Positions 9,582 through 21,042 of a stretch of 64,000 nucleotides of DNA are shown here, one piece after another. The DNA is from Candidatus Omnitrophota bacterium (lineage in GTDB: Bacteria; Omnitrophota; Gorgyraeia; Gygaellales; Profunditerraquicolaceae), in assembly GCA_028715785.1 (NCBI GenBank), contig JAQURC010000002.1:8402-72401 (forward strand), in the 5' to 3' direction. The notes below the pieces were generated by a model. That model was not told the DNA's origin. It did no database searches and saw only the letters and a list, made by a program, of their open reading frames with translations. Positions within the stretch are counted from its first letter, which is position 1; each line of letters begins with the position of its first letter. A program made the position numbers and the translations under genes.

Positions 9582-9652
9582 AGGGGCGTCGGTTAATGGC
9601 AAACCAACGGTCTCCAAAACCGTGACTGCAGGTTCAAGTCCTGCCGCTCCTG
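9582..9652 (+). tRNA. tRNA-Trp (anticodon CCA)
   Basis: AGGGGCG acceptor, anticodon loop CTCCAAA, T-arm GGTTCAAGTCC; canonical position upstream of secE. Confidence 0.85.
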
Positions 9653-9810
9653 CAAAATTAGGACTTGAACCTAAAGGGGTGTGGGGGAAAATTCCCCCAC
9701 GTTTTCGGGGTAACAGCGAACGAAGTGAGCGCCATAGGGGCAGAGCCCCTTTGGGGAGCGATACGCCGAAGGCGTAGAGCGACAGGTTCTAGTCCTGCCG
9801 CTCCTGTAGT
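9653..9810 (+). ncRNA. structured secE-leader region: inverted copy of tRNA-Trp T-arm (9660-9672), two GC hairpins (GGGGGAAAATTCCCCC; GGGGCAGAGCCCC) and a direct repeat of the tRNA-Trp 3' end (CAGGTTCTAGTCCTGCCGCTCCTG, 9783-9806); tRNA-like remnant
   Basis: Read directly; 23/24 identity to tRNA-Trp 3' end. Confidence 0.45.
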
Positions 9811-9839
9811 CTATGGTTGAAAGGGAAGCGTAAAAATTT

Positions 9840-10031
9840 ATGAATATTTTAGCAAAACCGGTAAATTTTTTAAAGGAAGTCAGGAGCGAATTAAGCAAGG
9901 TTGCCTGGTCTACCAAAAGAGAGCTGCTTGCTTCTACGGTTTTGGTAATTACGGTTACGGTGATTATGACGGCTTTTATCGGGATAGTTGATCTGGGTTT
10001 ATCCAGGTTCCTAAGCGTGGTCTTTAAATGA
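9840..10031 (+). CDS. secE: preprotein translocase subunit SecE
   Basis: 63 aa, single C-terminal TM helix; immediately upstream of nusG with 4-nt overlap. Confidence 0.85.
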   Translation: MNILAKPVNFLKEVRSELSKVAWSTKRELLASTVLVITVTVIMTAFIGIVDLGLSRFLSVVFK

Positions 10032-10555
10032 AGAACTGGTACGTTGTGCATACGCAAACCGGGATTGAAGAAAAAGTAAAAGCATCTTTAGAGAAGAAGG
10101 TGGCCTCCGAAGGTTTGCAAGAGTTAATTTCTAGCGTTGTTATTCCTACCGAGCAGGTCTCGGAGGTGCGCGCGGGAAAGAAGAAGATTACGCAGAGAAA
10201 GTTTTTCCCGGGATATTTATTAGTGGAAATGGATCTAAGCGAACAGACCTACCTTTTTGTTAAGAATTCTCCCGGAGTAACGGGGTTTATCGGATTGGGC
10301 AGGAAACCCGTGCCGCTGCCTCAAGAAGAGGTGGACAATATCCTTAAGCGCACCAAGGAAACCGCGGCCAAGCCGTCCCCTAAAATAGTTTTTGAGAAAG
10401 GCGAACAGGTCAGGGTTAACGAAGGCCCGTTCCTGAATTTTAACGGCACAATCGAAGAAGTTTATCCTGAAAAAGGAAAGGTGAAAGTGAGCGTTTCTAT
10501 TTTTGGCCGCTCTACGCCGGTGGAGTTGGAATACTGGCAGGTGGAGAAAGTTTAA
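10028..10555 (+). CDS. nusG: transcription termination/antitermination factor NusG
   Basis: NGN domain (WYVVHTQTG), KOW domain; secE-nusG-rplK synteny. Confidence 0.9.
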   Translation: MKNWYVVHTQTGIEEKVKASLEKKVASEGLQELISSVVIPTEQVSEVRAGKKKITQRKFFPGYLLVEMDLSEQTYLFVKNSPGVTGFIGLGRKPVPLPQEEVDNILKRTKETAAKPSPKIVFEKGEQVRVNEGPFLNFNGTIEEVYPEKGKVKVSVSIFGRSTPVELEYWQVEKV

Positions 10556-10557
10556 CT

Positions 10558-10983
10558 ATGGCAAAGGCAATCAAGGCGCAGATTAAATTACACGTTCCGG
10601 CAGCGCAGGCAAACCCGGCGCCTCCGGTAGGCCCGGCATTAGGCCAGCATGGCGTGAATATTATGCAGTTCTGCAAGCAGTTTAATGACCAGACCAAAGG
10701 CAGGGACGGATTGATTCTTCCGGTAGTAATCAGTGTTTTTGAGGACAGGACCTTTACCTTTATTATTAAGAGCCCTCCATCATCTATTCTGCTAAAAAGG
10801 GCGGCGAATTTAGCCAAGGCGTCAGGGACAAGCGGAAAAGAGACCATCGGCAAAGTAACCAGGAAGCAGGTTGAAGAAATTGCCAAACTAAAGTTAGCGG
10901 ATTTAAATACCAATGACATGCAGCAGGCAATCAAGAGCATAGAAGGCACTGCCCGCAGTATGGGTATTGCCATTGAAGGATAA
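10558..10983 (+). CDS. rplK: 50S ribosomal protein L11
   Basis: [22 protein letters not shown] motif. Confidence 0.95.
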   Translation: MAKAIKAQIKLHVPAAQANPAPPVGPALGQHGVNIMQFCKQFNDQTKGRDGLILPVVISVFEDRTFTFIIKSPPSSILLKRAANLAKASGTSGKETIGKVTRKQVEEIAKLKLADLNTNDMQQAIKSIEGTARSMGIAIEG

Positions 10984-10986
10984 AGC

Positions 10987-11667
10987 ATGAAAACGCAGAG
11001 CAAAAGATATAAAGAATCGGTTAAACAGGTAGAGAAAGATAAATTTTATCAGTTAAAAGAAGCGGTGGCCATATTGAAAAAACTGCCTAAGCCAAAATTT
11101 GACGGCTCCGTCGACCTGCATTTTAATCTGGGCGTGGATACCAAAAAGAGCGATCAGATGATCCGCGGGACGGTTGTGCTTCCGCATGGGACCGGAAAAA
11201 AGGTGCGCGTGGCAGTATTCTGTAAAGGCGAGCATGAGCGCCAGGCCAGGGAGGCAAAGGCGGATTATGTCGGCGGCACGGAGTTGATGGATAAAGTTGC
11301 CGCGGGGTTTCTTGATTTTGACTGCGCCATCGCCACTCCTGAAATGATGAAAGATTTAAGCAAGCTTGGCAAAGTCCTGGGCCCGCGGGGCCTGATGCCC
11401 AGCCCTAAGACCGGCACGGTGACCAATGATATTTCAAAAGCCATCGAAGACGTGAGGAAGGGCAAGGTTGAGTTTCGCGTGGATAAGCAGGGCGGGATGC
11501 ATTTATCGATAGGCAAGATTTCTTTTGACGAAAACCAGATAAATGATAATGCTTCCAAAGTGATCGAGGCAGTTAACGAGTCAAGGCCGGCTTCGGTAAA
11601 AGGTAAATTTGTGAAAAGTCTGAGCATAACCGTTTCCATGAACCCGGGATTAAAGATTATCTGCTAA
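10987..11667 (+). CDS. rplA: 50S ribosomal protein L1
   Basis: L1 family, 226 aa, rplK-rplA synteny. Confidence 0.95.
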   Translation: MKTQSKRYKESVKQVEKDKFYQLKEAVAILKKLPKPKFDGSVDLHFNLGVDTKKSDQMIRGTVVLPHGTGKKVRVAVFCKGEHERQAREAKADYVGGTELMDKVAAGFLDFDCAIATPEMMKDLSKLGKVLGPRGLMPSPKTGTVTNDISKAIEDVRKGKVEFRVDKQGGMHLSIGKISFDENQINDNASKVIEAVNESRPASVKGKFVKSLSITVSMNPGLKIIC

Positions 11668-11668
11668 A

Positions 11669-12196
11669 ATGAAAAAAATCGGCCAATTAATCAAAGAAAC
11701 TTCAGAGAACCGCATAAAGAATACTTTCAAGTCATCCAAAGGATTGATTATTATAAAATACTCCGGAGTATCCAGTCCCGACATGAGTACTCTAAGAAAG
11801 GGCCTGAGGGCTTCCGGATCCGACCTTTTTGTAGTTAAAAACAGCATTGCCAAAAGAGCAATGAAAGAGTTGGGTCTGGTGGATTTAGCCAAATCAATAG
11901 AGACCCCCTGCGGAATGATTTTTTTCAAGGATGAACCGGTAGACACCTCCAGGATTTTGTGCGCTTTTCGAAAAGAGCATGAAAAACTGGTATTGGAAGG
12001 CGGATTATTGCAGGATAAATTGTTGAGTTTAAAAGATATTGAAGTCATGAGCACCCTGCCTTCAAAAGAGGTTATGAGGGCCAGGGTAGTGGTGACTTTG
12101 AATGCTCCAATTGCAAAATTGGCAATTGTCTTAAATCAGACATTAAAGAAGTTTGTTTATTGCTTGGATCAAATCAAACAGAAAAAGACAAGTTAA
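11669..12196 (+). CDS. rplJ: 50S ribosomal protein L10
   Basis: 175 aa L10 family; precedes rplL. Confidence 0.9.
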   Translation: MKKIGQLIKETSENRIKNTFKSSKGLIIIKYSGVSSPDMSTLRKGLRASGSDLFVVKNSIAKRAMKELGLVDLAKSIETPCGMIFFKDEPVDTSRILCAFRKEHEKLVLEGGLLQDKLLSLKDIEVMSTLPSKEVMRARVVVTLNAPIAKLAIVLNQTLKKFVYCLDQIKQKKTS

Positions 12197-12202
12197 AAAG
12201 TA

Positions 12203-12229
12203 CCCCGCGCTTAGCGGAATTGCGCGGGG
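12203..12229 (+). repeat. gene-proximal hairpin element, partial copy (hairpin 1 only: CCCGCGC-TTAGCGGAATT-GCGCGGG)
   Basis: Sequence family alignment; tandem with the next copy. Confidence 0.6.
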
Positions 12230-12244
12230 TTACACTATGGGCAA

Positions 12245-12294
12245 CACCCCGCGTTTATAAGGAATTACGCGGGTGTGTCCTACTGACAAGGAGG
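12245..12294 (+). repeat. gene-proximal two-hairpin+SD element (copy upstream of rplL; hairpin 2 variant GTGTCC-TAC-TGACA)
   Basis: CACCCCGCGTTTATAAGGAATTACGCGGGTGTGTCCTACTGACAAGGAGG then ATG. Confidence 0.7.
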
Positions 12295-12299
12295 AAGAA

Positions 12300-12683
12300 A
12301 TGGCAACTGCAAAAATGGAAGATTTAATCAAGTCAATTGAGACGATGAGCGTTCTTGAACTGGCCGACTTAGTTAAAGCTTTGGAGGAAAAATTTGGCGT
12401 AAGCGCAAACATGCCGATGGCCGCAGCGCCTGCTGCCGGTGCCGCAGGCGCAGCCCCCGCTGCCGAAGAGAAGAGCGCTTTTACCGTAGTGTTGACTAAT
12501 GCCGGGGCGAATAAAATCGCGGTAATCAAAGAAGTGCGCACGATTACCAGTCTCGGTTTGAAAGAAGCCAAAGATTTAGTCGATGCCGCTCCTAAGCCGA
12601 TCAAGGAAGGCGTAAATAAAGAAGAAGCTGCGGAAATGAAGAAGAAATTAGAAGCAGCCGGGGCTACCGTAGAATTAAAGTAA
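12300..12683 (+). CDS. rplL: 50S ribosomal protein L7/L12
   Basis: [34 protein letters not shown]..., Ala/Pro hinge; start corrected to ATG after SD (ORF-track start at 12273 runs through the repeat). Confidence 0.95.
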   Translation: MATAKMEDLIKSIETMSVLELADLVKALEEKFGVSANMPMAAAPAAGAAGAAPAAEEKSAFTVVLTNAGANKIAVIKEVRTITSLGLKEAKDLVDAAPKPIKEGVNKEEAAEMKKKLEAAGATVELK

Positions 12684-12719
12684 GTTTGAATAAACAGGCC
12701 AAAGGCCGGCCATAAAATA

Positions 12720-15700
12720 ATGATCAAACGAAAAAATTTTGCCAAGATAAAAGAAGTTTACGATCTGCCCGATCTTTTAGACGTTCAGCTGGATACGTAC
12801 CGTGAATTTCTGCAGATGGATGTTCCGGCGGCAGAAAAGAAAAATCAGGGATTGCAGGAAGTTTTTGGCGAGATCTTTCCTATAGAAAATGCCGACCGTT
12901 CGGTAAAGCTGGAATTCATCAGCTATTCTTTGGGAAAGCCCAAATACACGATGAGCGAGTCCAAAAACCGCTCATTGACCTATGCGGCTCCGTTAAAGGT
13001 GAAATTCCGCCTGACTACTCCCCGGGAAACCAAAGAGCAGGACGCTTATTTCGGGGAGATCCCTTTAATGACCGAGACCGGGACCTTCATTATCAACGGC
13101 GATGAGCGCGTAGTCGTCAGCCAGCTGCAGCGCTCCCCCGGAGTATCCTTTGAAGAAGAATTACATCCTACCGGAAAGAAGATCTTTTACGGCCGGATCA
13201 TCCCTTACCGCGGAGCCTGGCTGGAATTTAAATATGACCTTACCGAAACAGTCACCGCTTATGTTGACCGGCGCAGGAATTTTCCCGCAACCCAAATTTT
13301 AAGGATTTTAGGTTTTTCGCAAGACCAGCAGATATTTGCCGCTTTTGGCAAAGAGCATCCCGAAATCGTCAATACCTTAAAGAAAGATTACACTAAAAAT
13401 AAAGAAGAAGCATACCTTGATTTCTACCGTAAGATGCGGCCGACGGAGCCGGTAACTAAAGAGGCAGCCGAAGGCCTGTTTTACAGGTTATTTTTTGATC
13501 CCGCCAGATATGATCTAGAAAGAGCGGGCCGTTTTATTTTGAACCGTAAATTGGGGATGGAGGTGTCTTTAGATAAAAGGATACTTGATTCCGATACGGT
13601 AATTAAGGTGATCGAGTATTTAATCAAACTTAATGCCGGTTCGGGAAAGATCGATGATATTGACCACCTGGGAAACCGCCGCGTAAAGAGCGTCGGAGAG
13701 TTAGTTCAAAATCAGGTGCGTATCGGTTTATCCCGCGTTGAGCGTTCAATTAAGGAAAGGTTAAGTATTTTAGGGGAGTTTGATAATTTAAACGTGCATT
13801 ACCTGATCAATTCCAAACTGTTAAGCAACCAGATACGGGATTTCTTCGGGCGCAGCCAGTTGTCCCAGTTTATGGACCAGATCAATCCTTTGGCAGAAAT
13901 GACGCATAAGCGCCGTTTAAGCGCTTTAGGGCCGGGAGGGCTTTCACGCGAAAGAGCCGGGTTTGAGGTCAGGGATATCCATCCTTCACATTATGGAAGA
14001 GTTTGCCCTATCGAGACACCGGAAGGGCCAAATATCGGTTTGATTGCCTCTTTGAGCTGTTTTGCGCGGATTAATTCTTTGGGTTTGATCGAGACTCCTT
14101 ACCGTAAGGTAGAAGACGGCAGGGTGACTAAAAAATTTGAATATTTGACCGCAGACATCGAAGAGGATAAGTTTATCGCTCAAGCTGATGTCCCGTTAGA
14201 CAGCGAAGGGCGTTTTGTGGATAGGTTTGTTACCTGCCGCTATAAAGATGATTTTCCGAAAGTGCCGGCAAAAGACGTGCAGTATATGGATGTTTCCGCA
14301 AAACAGCTGGTTTCAGTTGCCGCCTCCTTAATTCCTTTCCTGGAGCATGATGATGCCAACCGCGCGTTAATGGGTTCAAACATGCAAAGGCAGGCTGTCC
14401 CGCTGATGATTACCGAGACGCCTTTGGTGGGAACAGACATGGAAGCAAAAGTTGCCCAGGATTCCGGCACCGTAGTTATCGCCGAGGATTCCGGGAAAGT
14501 AACCAGCGTAGATGCTTCAGCCATTACCGTGGGCAAGAAAATTTATCATCTGAAGAAATTTTTGCGCACTAATGCCGACACATCGATAAATCAAAGGCCG
14601 CTGGTAAAATTAGGCGACCGAATCGAAGCAGGGCAGGCAATCGCAGATGGCGTTGCTACCAAAGAAGGGGAACTGGCTTTAGGCAAGAATGTTTTAGTTG
14701 CTTTAATGCCCTGGAGAGGTTATAACTTTGAAGACGCTATTCTTATCAGCGAAAGATTGGTCAAGCAGGATTCTTTTACTTCGATTCATATCGAAGAATT
14801 TGAGATTGAAGCTGCCGAGACCCGGCTTGGCAATGAAGAGATCACCCGCGATATCCCTAACGTCAGCGAAGAGGCTTTACGGAACCTTGATGAGGACGGG
14901 ATTATCCGCGTCGGGGCAGAGGTTGGAGCCGGGGATATCCTGGTCGGCAAAATTACTCCCAAGACCGATTCTGAGCCCAGCCCGGAAGAAAGATTACTGC
15001 GCGCGATTTTCGGCGAGAAAGCCGGCGATGTGCGCGATACTTCTTTAATTGTCCCTCCCGGGGTTGAAGGGGTAGTTATCGATGTCCATGTTTTTCAGCG
15101 TAAGGACCGCGGCCGTAAAACTAAAGAAGAAAAGACCAAAGAGCTGGCTAAAATCCGCGAGCTCAAGGCTTATTATAAACAAGAGGTCGAGTTTTTACAG
15201 GTTGAGAAAACCTTGCGTTTATCTCAAGTGCTGGGCATAGATAAGAAAAAAGTAGAGAAGTTTGATTTTAGCGATAATGAAGAGGCAAAGATTTTGGCTG
15301 CCTCCTTTGACGAGCAGATGCAGGAATTGTTGGCTGAAGAGGAGCAGGAGATTGAGAAGGTGCGCCGCGGGGATGAATTGCCTACAGGTATCTTAAAGAG
15401 GGTTGTGGTTTATGTGGCTACAAAACGCAAGCTTTCCGAAGGCGATAAACTTGCCGGCCGGCACGGTAATAAAGGTGTTGTTGCCAGGATTATCGCCGAA
15501 GAAAATATGCCTTATATGCCCGATGGTACTCCGGTAGATGTGGTTTTGAACCCATTAGGCGTTCCTTCGCGTATGAACGTAGGCCAGATTTTGGAATGCC
15601 ATTTGGGTTGGGCAGCAAAAGCGTTAGGTATAAATGTCAGCTGTCCGGTATTTGACGGAGCAAAAGAGGTTGAAATCAAGGAATTGCTTAAGAAAGCCGG

Positions 15701-16124
15701 CCTGCCGGAAGACGGAAAGATTACTCTCTATGATGGTTATACGGGTGAGCCTTTTGACCAGAAGGTCACCGTAGGATATATGTATATTTTGAAACTTATC
15801 CATTTAGTCGATGAAAAAATTCATGCCCGTTCTATCGGGCCTTATTCTCTGGTTACCCAGCAGCCGTTGGGCGGCAAAGCCCAATTTGGCGGCCAGAGGT
15901 TGGGTGAAATGGAAGTTTGGGCCCTGGAAGCATATGGAGCGGCATTCACTTTGCAGGAGATGCTTACAGTCAAGAGCGATGATGTCAGCGGCAGGACGCG
16001 GATTTATGAAGCGATTGTTAAGGGTGAGCAGCGCCTGACTCACGGGACTCCCGAGTCATTTAATGTTCTAATCAAGGAATTACAAGGCTTATGCCTTGAT
16101 ATCAAGACAGAAAAGGGTAAATAA
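12720..16124 (+). CDS. rpoB: DNA-directed RNA polymerase subunit beta
   Basis: 1134 aa with RpoB signature regions. Confidence 0.97.
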   Translation: MIKRKNFAKIKEVYDLPDLLDVQLDTYREFLQMDVPAAEKKNQGLQEVFGEIFPIENADRSVKLEFISYSLGKPKYTMSESKNRSLTYAAPLKVKFRLTTPRETKEQDAYFGEIPLMTETGTFIINGDERVVVSQLQRSPGVSFEEELHPTGKKIFYGRIIPYRGAWLEFKYDLTETVTAYVDRRRNFPATQILRILGFSQDQQIFAAFGKEHPEIVNTLKKDYTKNKEEAYLDFYRKMRPTEPVTKEAAEGLFYRLFFDPARYDLERAGRFILNRKLGMEVSLDKRILDSDTVIKVIEYLIKLNAGSGKIDDIDHLGNRRVKSVGELVQNQVRIGLSRVERSIKERLSILGEFDNLNVHYLINSKLLSNQIRDFFGRSQLSQFMDQINPLAEMTHKRRLSALGPGGLSRERAGFEVRDIHPSHYGRVCPIETPEGPNIGLIASLSCFARINSLGLIETPYRKVEDGRVTKKFEYLTADIEEDKFIAQADVPLDSEGRFVDRFVTCRYKDDFPKVPAKDVQYMDVSAKQLVSVAASLIPFLEHDDANRALMGSNMQRQAVPLMITETPLVGTDMEAKVAQDSGTVVIAEDSGKVTSVDASAITVGKKIYHLKKFLRTNADTSINQRPLVKLGDRIEAGQAIADGVATKEGELALGKNVLVALMPWRGYNFEDAILISERLVKQDSFTSIHIEEFEIEAAETRLGNEEITRDIPNVSEEALRNLDEDGIIRVGAEVGAGDILVGKITPKTDSEPSPEERLLRAIFGEKAGDVRDTSLIVPPGVEGVVIDVHVFQRKDRGRKTKEEKTKELAKIRELKAYYKQEVEFLQVEKTLRLSQVLGIDKKKVEKFDFSDNEEAKILAASFDEQMQELLAEEEQEIEKVRRGDELPTGILKRVVVYVATKRKLSEGDKLAGRHGNKGVVARIIAEENMPYMPDGTPVDVVLNPLGVPSRMNVGQILECHLGWAAKALGINVSCPVFDGAKEVEIKELLKKAGLPEDGKITLYDGYTGEPFDQKVTVGYMYILKLIHLVDEKIHARSIGPYSLVTQQPLGGKAQFGGQRLGEMEVWALEAYGAAFTLQEMLTVKSDDVSGRTRIYEAIVKGEQRLTHGTPESFNVLIKELQGLCLDIKTEKGK

Positions 16125-19100
16125 TGGAAGAGATCGTATCGTTTGACAGTATTTCGATTAAGATTGCCAGCCCCCAGGTAATTAAAGGATGGTCTAAGGG
16201 CGACGTCAAAAAAGCGGAGACGATTAATTACCGCACCCTTAAGCCGGAAAAAGACGGCCTGTTTTGTGAAAAGATTTTTGGCCCGGTACGCGACTGGGAA
16301 TGTAATTGCGGTAAATATAAAGGCATAAAATTCAAAGGCATTACCTGTGACCGCTGCGGGGTAACGGTTGACCGTTCAAGCGTCAGGCGCGAGCGCATGG
16401 GGCATATCGATTTAGCCACGCCGGTCACGCATATCTGGTTTTTTAAGGCCGTGCCCAGCAGGATGAGCGCGCTCTTAGATATCGGCTTAAGGGATTTGGA
16501 AAGAATTATTTATTACGAGGAATATGTCGTTGTCGATCCGGGGACCACACCATTAAAGAAAAAAGAGCTGCTTACCGATGAACAGTATCAGGAAGCCCTG
16601 AGCAAATATGGCGCGAATTTCAAGGCCAGGATCGGCGCCGAGGCAATCAGCGAACTTTTAAAGGAATTAGACCTGGATGTCGTTTGCCGCAAGCTCAGGA
16701 AAGACCTGGAGAAATCCAAGGACATCTTAAATAACCGCAAAGCGATCAAGAGCTTAAAGATCGTCGAGGACTTCAAGAAAAGCGGGAATAAGCCGGAATG
16801 GATGATCTTGGAAATTGTCCCGGTAATCCCTCCGGACTTACGGCCCTTGGTCCCTTTAGAGGGCGGAAGGTTTGCCACAAGCGACCTTAATGATCTATAC
16901 CGTCGGGTAATTAACCGCAATAACCGTTTAAAGAAATTAATGGAGTTAAGCGCTCCCGAGATTATTATCCGCAATGAAAAGCGCATGCTTCAAGAAGCAG
17001 TGGACGCGCTCTTGGATAATGGGCGCCATGGCAAGCCGGTAAACGGGGCCAATAACCGGCCGTTAAAATCCCTTTCCGATATGCTTAAAGGAAAGCAGGG
17101 AAGGTTCCGCCAGAATCTCCTGGGTAAGCGCGTGGATTATTCGGGGCGTTCGGTAATCGTTGTCGGCCCGGAGCTAAAACTGCATGAATGCGGGCTTCCT
17201 AAACAGATGGCCCTTGAATTATTTGAGCCGTTTATCATCAAGAAATTAAGAGAAAAAGGTTTTGTGCATACGATCAAAGGCGCCCGCAGGATGGTTGAGC
17301 GCGGCAAGATCGAAGTCTGGGATATTTTGGATGAAGTAATCAAAGACCATCCGATCATGCTTAACCGCGCCCCGACCCTGCACCGTTTAGGTATCCAGGC
17401 ATTCCAACCGTTGTTAATCGAAGGAAAATCGATAAAAATTCATCCTTTGGTTTGCACCGCTTTTAACGCCGACTTTGACGGGGACCAGATGGCCGTGCAC
17501 GTGCCTCTGTCCCTGGAATCGCAGTTAGAGACCAAGGTGCTCATTATGGCCATTAATAACATATTTTCTCCCGCCGATGGCCGGCCGGTAATTTCTCCTA
17601 CTCAGGATATAATTTTAGGTTTGGCGTATTTAAGCCGGGAAAAAGCAGGCGCGCAAGGCGAGGGAAAAATTTTCTCTAGTTTCGATGAAGTTTTAATAGC
17701 TTATGATGATAAGGCAGTGGAGTTGCACGCTAAAATCAAGATTTATGTCCATAGCTTATATAATTTTGACCAGAAAAAGGCCATCGACGCAAAGCAGATG
17801 ATCTCAACCACTGTCGGCAGGATATTATTTAATCAAGCCTTGCCTGCGGAGTTCGGGTTTGTTAATTGCGATTTAAATAAAGGTAAAGTCAGCGATGTGG
17901 TTGTCAGTTGTTATAAGAGGTTTGGCCACACTACGACCATCAAGCTGCTCGATGATATTAAAAAATTAGGTTTTGAGATGGGGACTTTGGGCGGTATTTC
18001 TATCGGTATTGATGATATGACTGTCCCGGTAGATAAGCCGCAAGTCTTAAAAGAATCTAAAGAAGAGGTAGCTAAAGTTGAGGACCAGTACCGTAAGGGC
18101 ATTATTACCGATAGCGAGCGTAAATCCAAGGTAATTGATATCTGGACGCACGCGACGGATAAGATTTCGGACCTTTTATTTAAAGGCATGGATTCTTTTA
18201 ACCCGATCTTTATGATGGCGGACAGCGGGGCGCGCGGTTCGCGCCTGCAGGTCAGGCAGCTTGCCGGTATGCGCGGCCTGATGGCTAAGCCCAGCGGGGA
18301 AATCATTGAGAACCCGATTACGGCAAATTTCCGCGAAGGCTTGAATGTTTTGGAGTATTTTATTTCTACCCACGGCGCGCGAAAAGGGTTGGCCGATACC
18401 GCGCTTAAAACCGCCGACGCCGGTTACTTAACCCGCAGGCTCGTCGATGTCGCTCAAGAGGTGATTATTTGCGAGGAGGATTGCGGGACGCTTAATGGCA
18501 TTACGGTTTCGGCTATCATCGAAGGCGACGAAGAGGTGGTCGGGCTTAAAGACCGGATCATCGGAAGGGTCGCTTTGGATAATGTGGTCGATATTATTAC
18601 CGATGAGGTTATTGTCGAGCAGGGAAGCGAGATAACCGAAGAGAAGACCGACCAGATTGAAAAATTAGGTATTGAAAAAATCCGTATCCGCAGTGTTTTG
18701 ACCTGCGAGTCCGGAAGAGGGGTTTGCGCTAAATGCTATGGCCGGAATTTATCTACCGGCAGGCTGATCGAATTAGGGGAAGCTGTCGGGGTTGTGGCTG
18801 CCCAGAGTATCGGTGAGCCTGGTACGCAGTTGACCATGAGGACATTCCATATCGGAGGCACAGCCTCAAGGACTATTGAGCAGTCGTTTATTAAAGCCAA
18901 GAATGAAGGTATAATCAAATATCATAATTTAAGGGTTACGCTTAAGAATAAAGAGAACGTTGTCTTAAACCGCAACGGAGCAATCAGTATTAACGATGCC
19001 CAGGGCCGCGAACTTGAACGTTATCCGCTTCCGCAAGGCGCGTTCATTCTTATTGCCGACGGAGAAAAGGTTGCTAAGGGAGTGTCTTTTGTGCATTGGG

Positions 19101-20158
19101 ATCCTTATACCTTGCCGGTGCTTACTGAAGTTGGCGGTATAGTGCGTTTTGAAGATTTACGCGAAAATGTTACGATGCGTGAAGAGATTAATCCGGTCAC
19201 CAAATTAGCCGAGCGCGTGGTGGTTGAACATAAACCGGAGTATCATCCTCAGGTAGTTATCCTGGATGATAAAAAAGAAGTTTTAGGCATTTATCCGATT
19301 CCTATCGGAGCCCACATTATCGTTCGCGACGGTGAACGGGTAGGCGGAGGAGACCTTCTGGCGAAAATTCCGCGCACCGTTGTTAAAACCCGCGATATTA
19401 CCGGCGGCCTTCCGCGCGTTGCCGAGCTTTTTGAAGCCAGGCGGCCGAAGGATCCGGCCATTATCAGTGAAATTGACGGGTTCGTTGAGTTTGGTGAAAC
19501 CAAGAAAAATCAGCGCGTAATCATTATAAAATCGGCAACCGGGATGGCCAGGGAATATATTATTCCCCATGGCAAACATCCGAATGTTTACAAAGGGGAT
19601 AAAGTTACCGCCGGCCAGCAGCTTACAGATGGGCCGGTAGTTTTGCAGGATATTTTAAGTGTCTGCGGCGATAAGGTTTTGCAGGAATACCTGGTAAATG
19701 AAGTGCAGGAGGTTTATCGCCTGCAGGGAGTGCGGATTAACGATAAACATATCGAGGTAATTATCCGCCAGATGCTCAAAAAAGTAAGGGTTGAAGATCC
19801 GGGCGATACGGAATTTTTGGCTACCCAGCAGGTGGATAAATGGGTATTCCAAAAAGAGAACACCCGGGTGATCAAAAAAGGCGGCAAGCCGGCTCAAGCA
19901 ACGCCTCTGCTTTTGGGTATCACCAAGGCTTCGCTTACTACCGAAAGTTTTATCTCCGCTGCCAGTTTCCAGGAAACTACCCGCGTTTTAACCGAAGCGG
20001 CAACCAGCGGTAAACGTGACGAATTATTCGGTTTAAAAGAAAATGTTATCGTCGGCCACCTGATTCCGGCTGGTACCGGGTTTAAGGCCCATCGCGATAT
20101 TGAAGTAGTAAAAGCAGGAGCGGAAAACAGTGAAGAAAAGAAAGAAAAAAAGGAATAA
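16124..20158 (+). CDS. rpoC: DNA-directed RNA polymerase subunit beta'
   Basis: 1344 aa; zinc finger [27 protein letters not shown] catalytic motif; TAATG overlap with rpoB. Confidence 0.97.
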   Translation: MEEIVSFDSISIKIASPQVIKGWSKGDVKKAETINYRTLKPEKDGLFCEKIFGPVRDWECNCGKYKGIKFKGITCDRCGVTVDRSSVRRERMGHIDLATPVTHIWFFKAVPSRMSALLDIGLRDLERIIYYEEYVVVDPGTTPLKKKELLTDEQYQEALSKYGANFKARIGAEAISELLKELDLDVVCRKLRKDLEKSKDILNNRKAIKSLKIVEDFKKSGNKPEWMILEIVPVIPPDLRPLVPLEGGRFATSDLNDLYRRVINRNNRLKKLMELSAPEIIIRNEKRMLQEAVDALLDNGRHGKPVNGANNRPLKSLSDMLKGKQGRFRQNLLGKRVDYSGRSVIVVGPELKLHECGLPKQMALELFEPFIIKKLREKGFVHTIKGARRMVERGKIEVWDILDEVIKDHPIMLNRAPTLHRLGIQAFQPLLIEGKSIKIHPLVCTAFNADFDGDQMAVHVPLSLESQLETKVLIMAINNIFSPADGRPVISPTQDIILGLAYLSREKAGAQGEGKIFSSFDEVLIAYDDKAVELHAKIKIYVHSLYNFDQKKAIDAKQMISTTVGRILFNQALPAEFGFVNCDLNKGKVSDVVVSCYKRFGHTTTIKLLDDIKKLGFEMGTLGGISIGIDDMTVPVDKPQVLKESKEEVAKVEDQYRKGIITDSERKSKVIDIWTHATDKISDLLFKGMDSFNPIFMMADSGARGSRLQVRQLAGMRGLMAKPSGEIIENPITANFREGLNVLEYFISTHGARKGLADTALKTADAGYLTRRLVDVAQEVIICEEDCGTLNGITVSAIIEGDEEVVGLKDRIIGRVALDNVVDIITDEVIVEQGSEITEEKTDQIEKLGIEKIRIRSVLTCESGRGVCAKCYGRNLSTGRLIELGEAVGVVAAQSIGEPGTQLTMRTFHIGGTASRTIEQSFIKAKNEGIIKYHNLRVTLKNKENVVLNRNGAISINDAQGRELERYPLPQGAFILIADGEKVAKGVSFVHWDPYTLPVLTEVGGIVRFEDLRENVTMREEINPVTKLAERVVVEHKPEYHPQVVILDDKKEVLGIYPIPIGAHIIVRDGERVGGGDLLAKIPRTVVKTRDITGGLPRVAELFEARRPKDPAIISEIDGFVEFGETKKNQRVIIIKSATGMAREYIIPHGKHPNVYKGDKVTAGQQLTDGPVVLQDILSVCGDKVLQEYLVNEVQEVYRLQGVRINDKHIEVIIRQMLKKVRVEDPGDTEFLATQQVDKWVFQKENTRVIKKGGKPAQATPLLLGITKASLTTESFISAASFQETTRVLTEAATSGKRDELFGLKENVIVGHLIPAGTGFKAHRDIEVVKAGAENSEEKKEKKE

Positions 20159-20161
20159 CCT

Positions 20162-20539
20162 ATGCCCACAATTGCCCAGTTGATCAGACACGGTAGGATT
20201 TCGAAAAAGAAGAGAAGCAAGTCCCCGGCTTTAAAAGCTTGTCCTCAGAGGAGAGGGGTGTGTATCCAGGTGCGCACGATGACGCCCAAAAAACCTAACT
20301 CCGCGCTGCGCAAGATTGCCAGGGTCAGGCTGACTACGGGTTTAGAGGTCACTGCCTATATTCCGGGCGAAGGGCATAATCTCCAAGAGCATTCCATTGT
20401 TATGGTCAGAGGCGGCAGGGTCAAGGATCTACCCGGTGTGCGTTATCATATTGTTAGAGGCACATTGGATGCTTCAGGGGTCAATGCCCGCAGAAGAGGC
20501 CGCTCTAAATACGGAGCCAAGAGGCCAAAAGCGGCATAA
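20162..20539 (+). CDS. rpsL: 30S ribosomal protein S12
   Basis: [12 protein letters not shown]..., [10 protein letters not shown] motif. Confidence 0.97.
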   Translation: MPTIAQLIRHGRISKKKRSKSPALKACPQRRGVCIQVRTMTPKKPNSALRKIARVRLTTGLEVTAYIPGEGHNLQEHSIVMVRGGRVKDLPGVRYHIVRGTLDASGVNARRRGRSKYGAKRPKAA

Positions 20540-20568
20540 CTATAGAGAAACGCAATAGAGGATAATCG

Positions 20569-21039
20569 ATGAGAAGAAGAAAAGCACAGGAAAAAGTTAT
20601 TCTAGCAGACCCCAAATATAACAGCAAAATAATCGCCAAGTTTATGAATATGGTGATGGTGGACGGGAAAAAAGCTGTCGCGGAAAAATTAGTTTACAGC
20701 GCTTTTGATATTGTGCTCAAGAATTTAAATGAGCAGGATATTTTAAAAGTATTTTATAAGGCATTGGATAATGCCCGGCCGCGCTTAGAAGTAAAACCGC
20801 GCAGGGTCGGCGGAGCTACTTATCAGGTGCCTATAGAGGTAAGGCAGGAGCGCGGTACTTCCATTGCTCTGCGCTGGCTTAGAGATTTTGCCCAGAATAG
20901 AAAAGGCAAGCCCATGCAGGAAAAGTTAGCCGATGAAATTATCGCCGCGTACAAGGGCGAGGGGTCGGCAATCAAAAAGAGGGATGATACGCATAAGATG
21001 GCCGAGTCTAACAAGGCCTATGCGCATTTCCGTTGGTAA
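20569..21039 (+). CDS. rpsG: 30S ribosomal protein S7
   Basis: S7 family 156 aa. Confidence 0.95.
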   Translation: MRRRKAQEKVILADPKYNSKIIAKFMNMVMVDGKKAVAEKLVYSAFDIVLKNLNEQDILKVFYKALDNARPRLEVKPRRVGGATYQVPIEVRQERGTSIALRWLRDFAQNRKGKPMQEKLADEIIAAYKGEGSAIKKRDDTHKMAESNKAYAHFRW

Positions 21040-21042
21040 TCT

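Noticed and set aside
9582-9810. Intact integrated mobile element at tRNA-Trp
   Set aside because: The direct repeats of the tRNA 3' end are only about 150 nt apart and there is no integrase; at most a scar, not an intact element.
9671-10057. 128-aa reverse-strand ORF across the tRNA-like region and secE
   Set aside because: Overlaps secE and the structured tRNA-Trp-derived repeats; its start M overlaps the Cys/Arg-rich translation of GC hairpins; no support.
12230-12745. 171-aa Ala-rich reverse-strand ORF opposite rplL
   Set aside because: Generated by the GC-rich Ala codons of the L7/L12 hinge read in antisense; overlaps rplL and the repeat elements.
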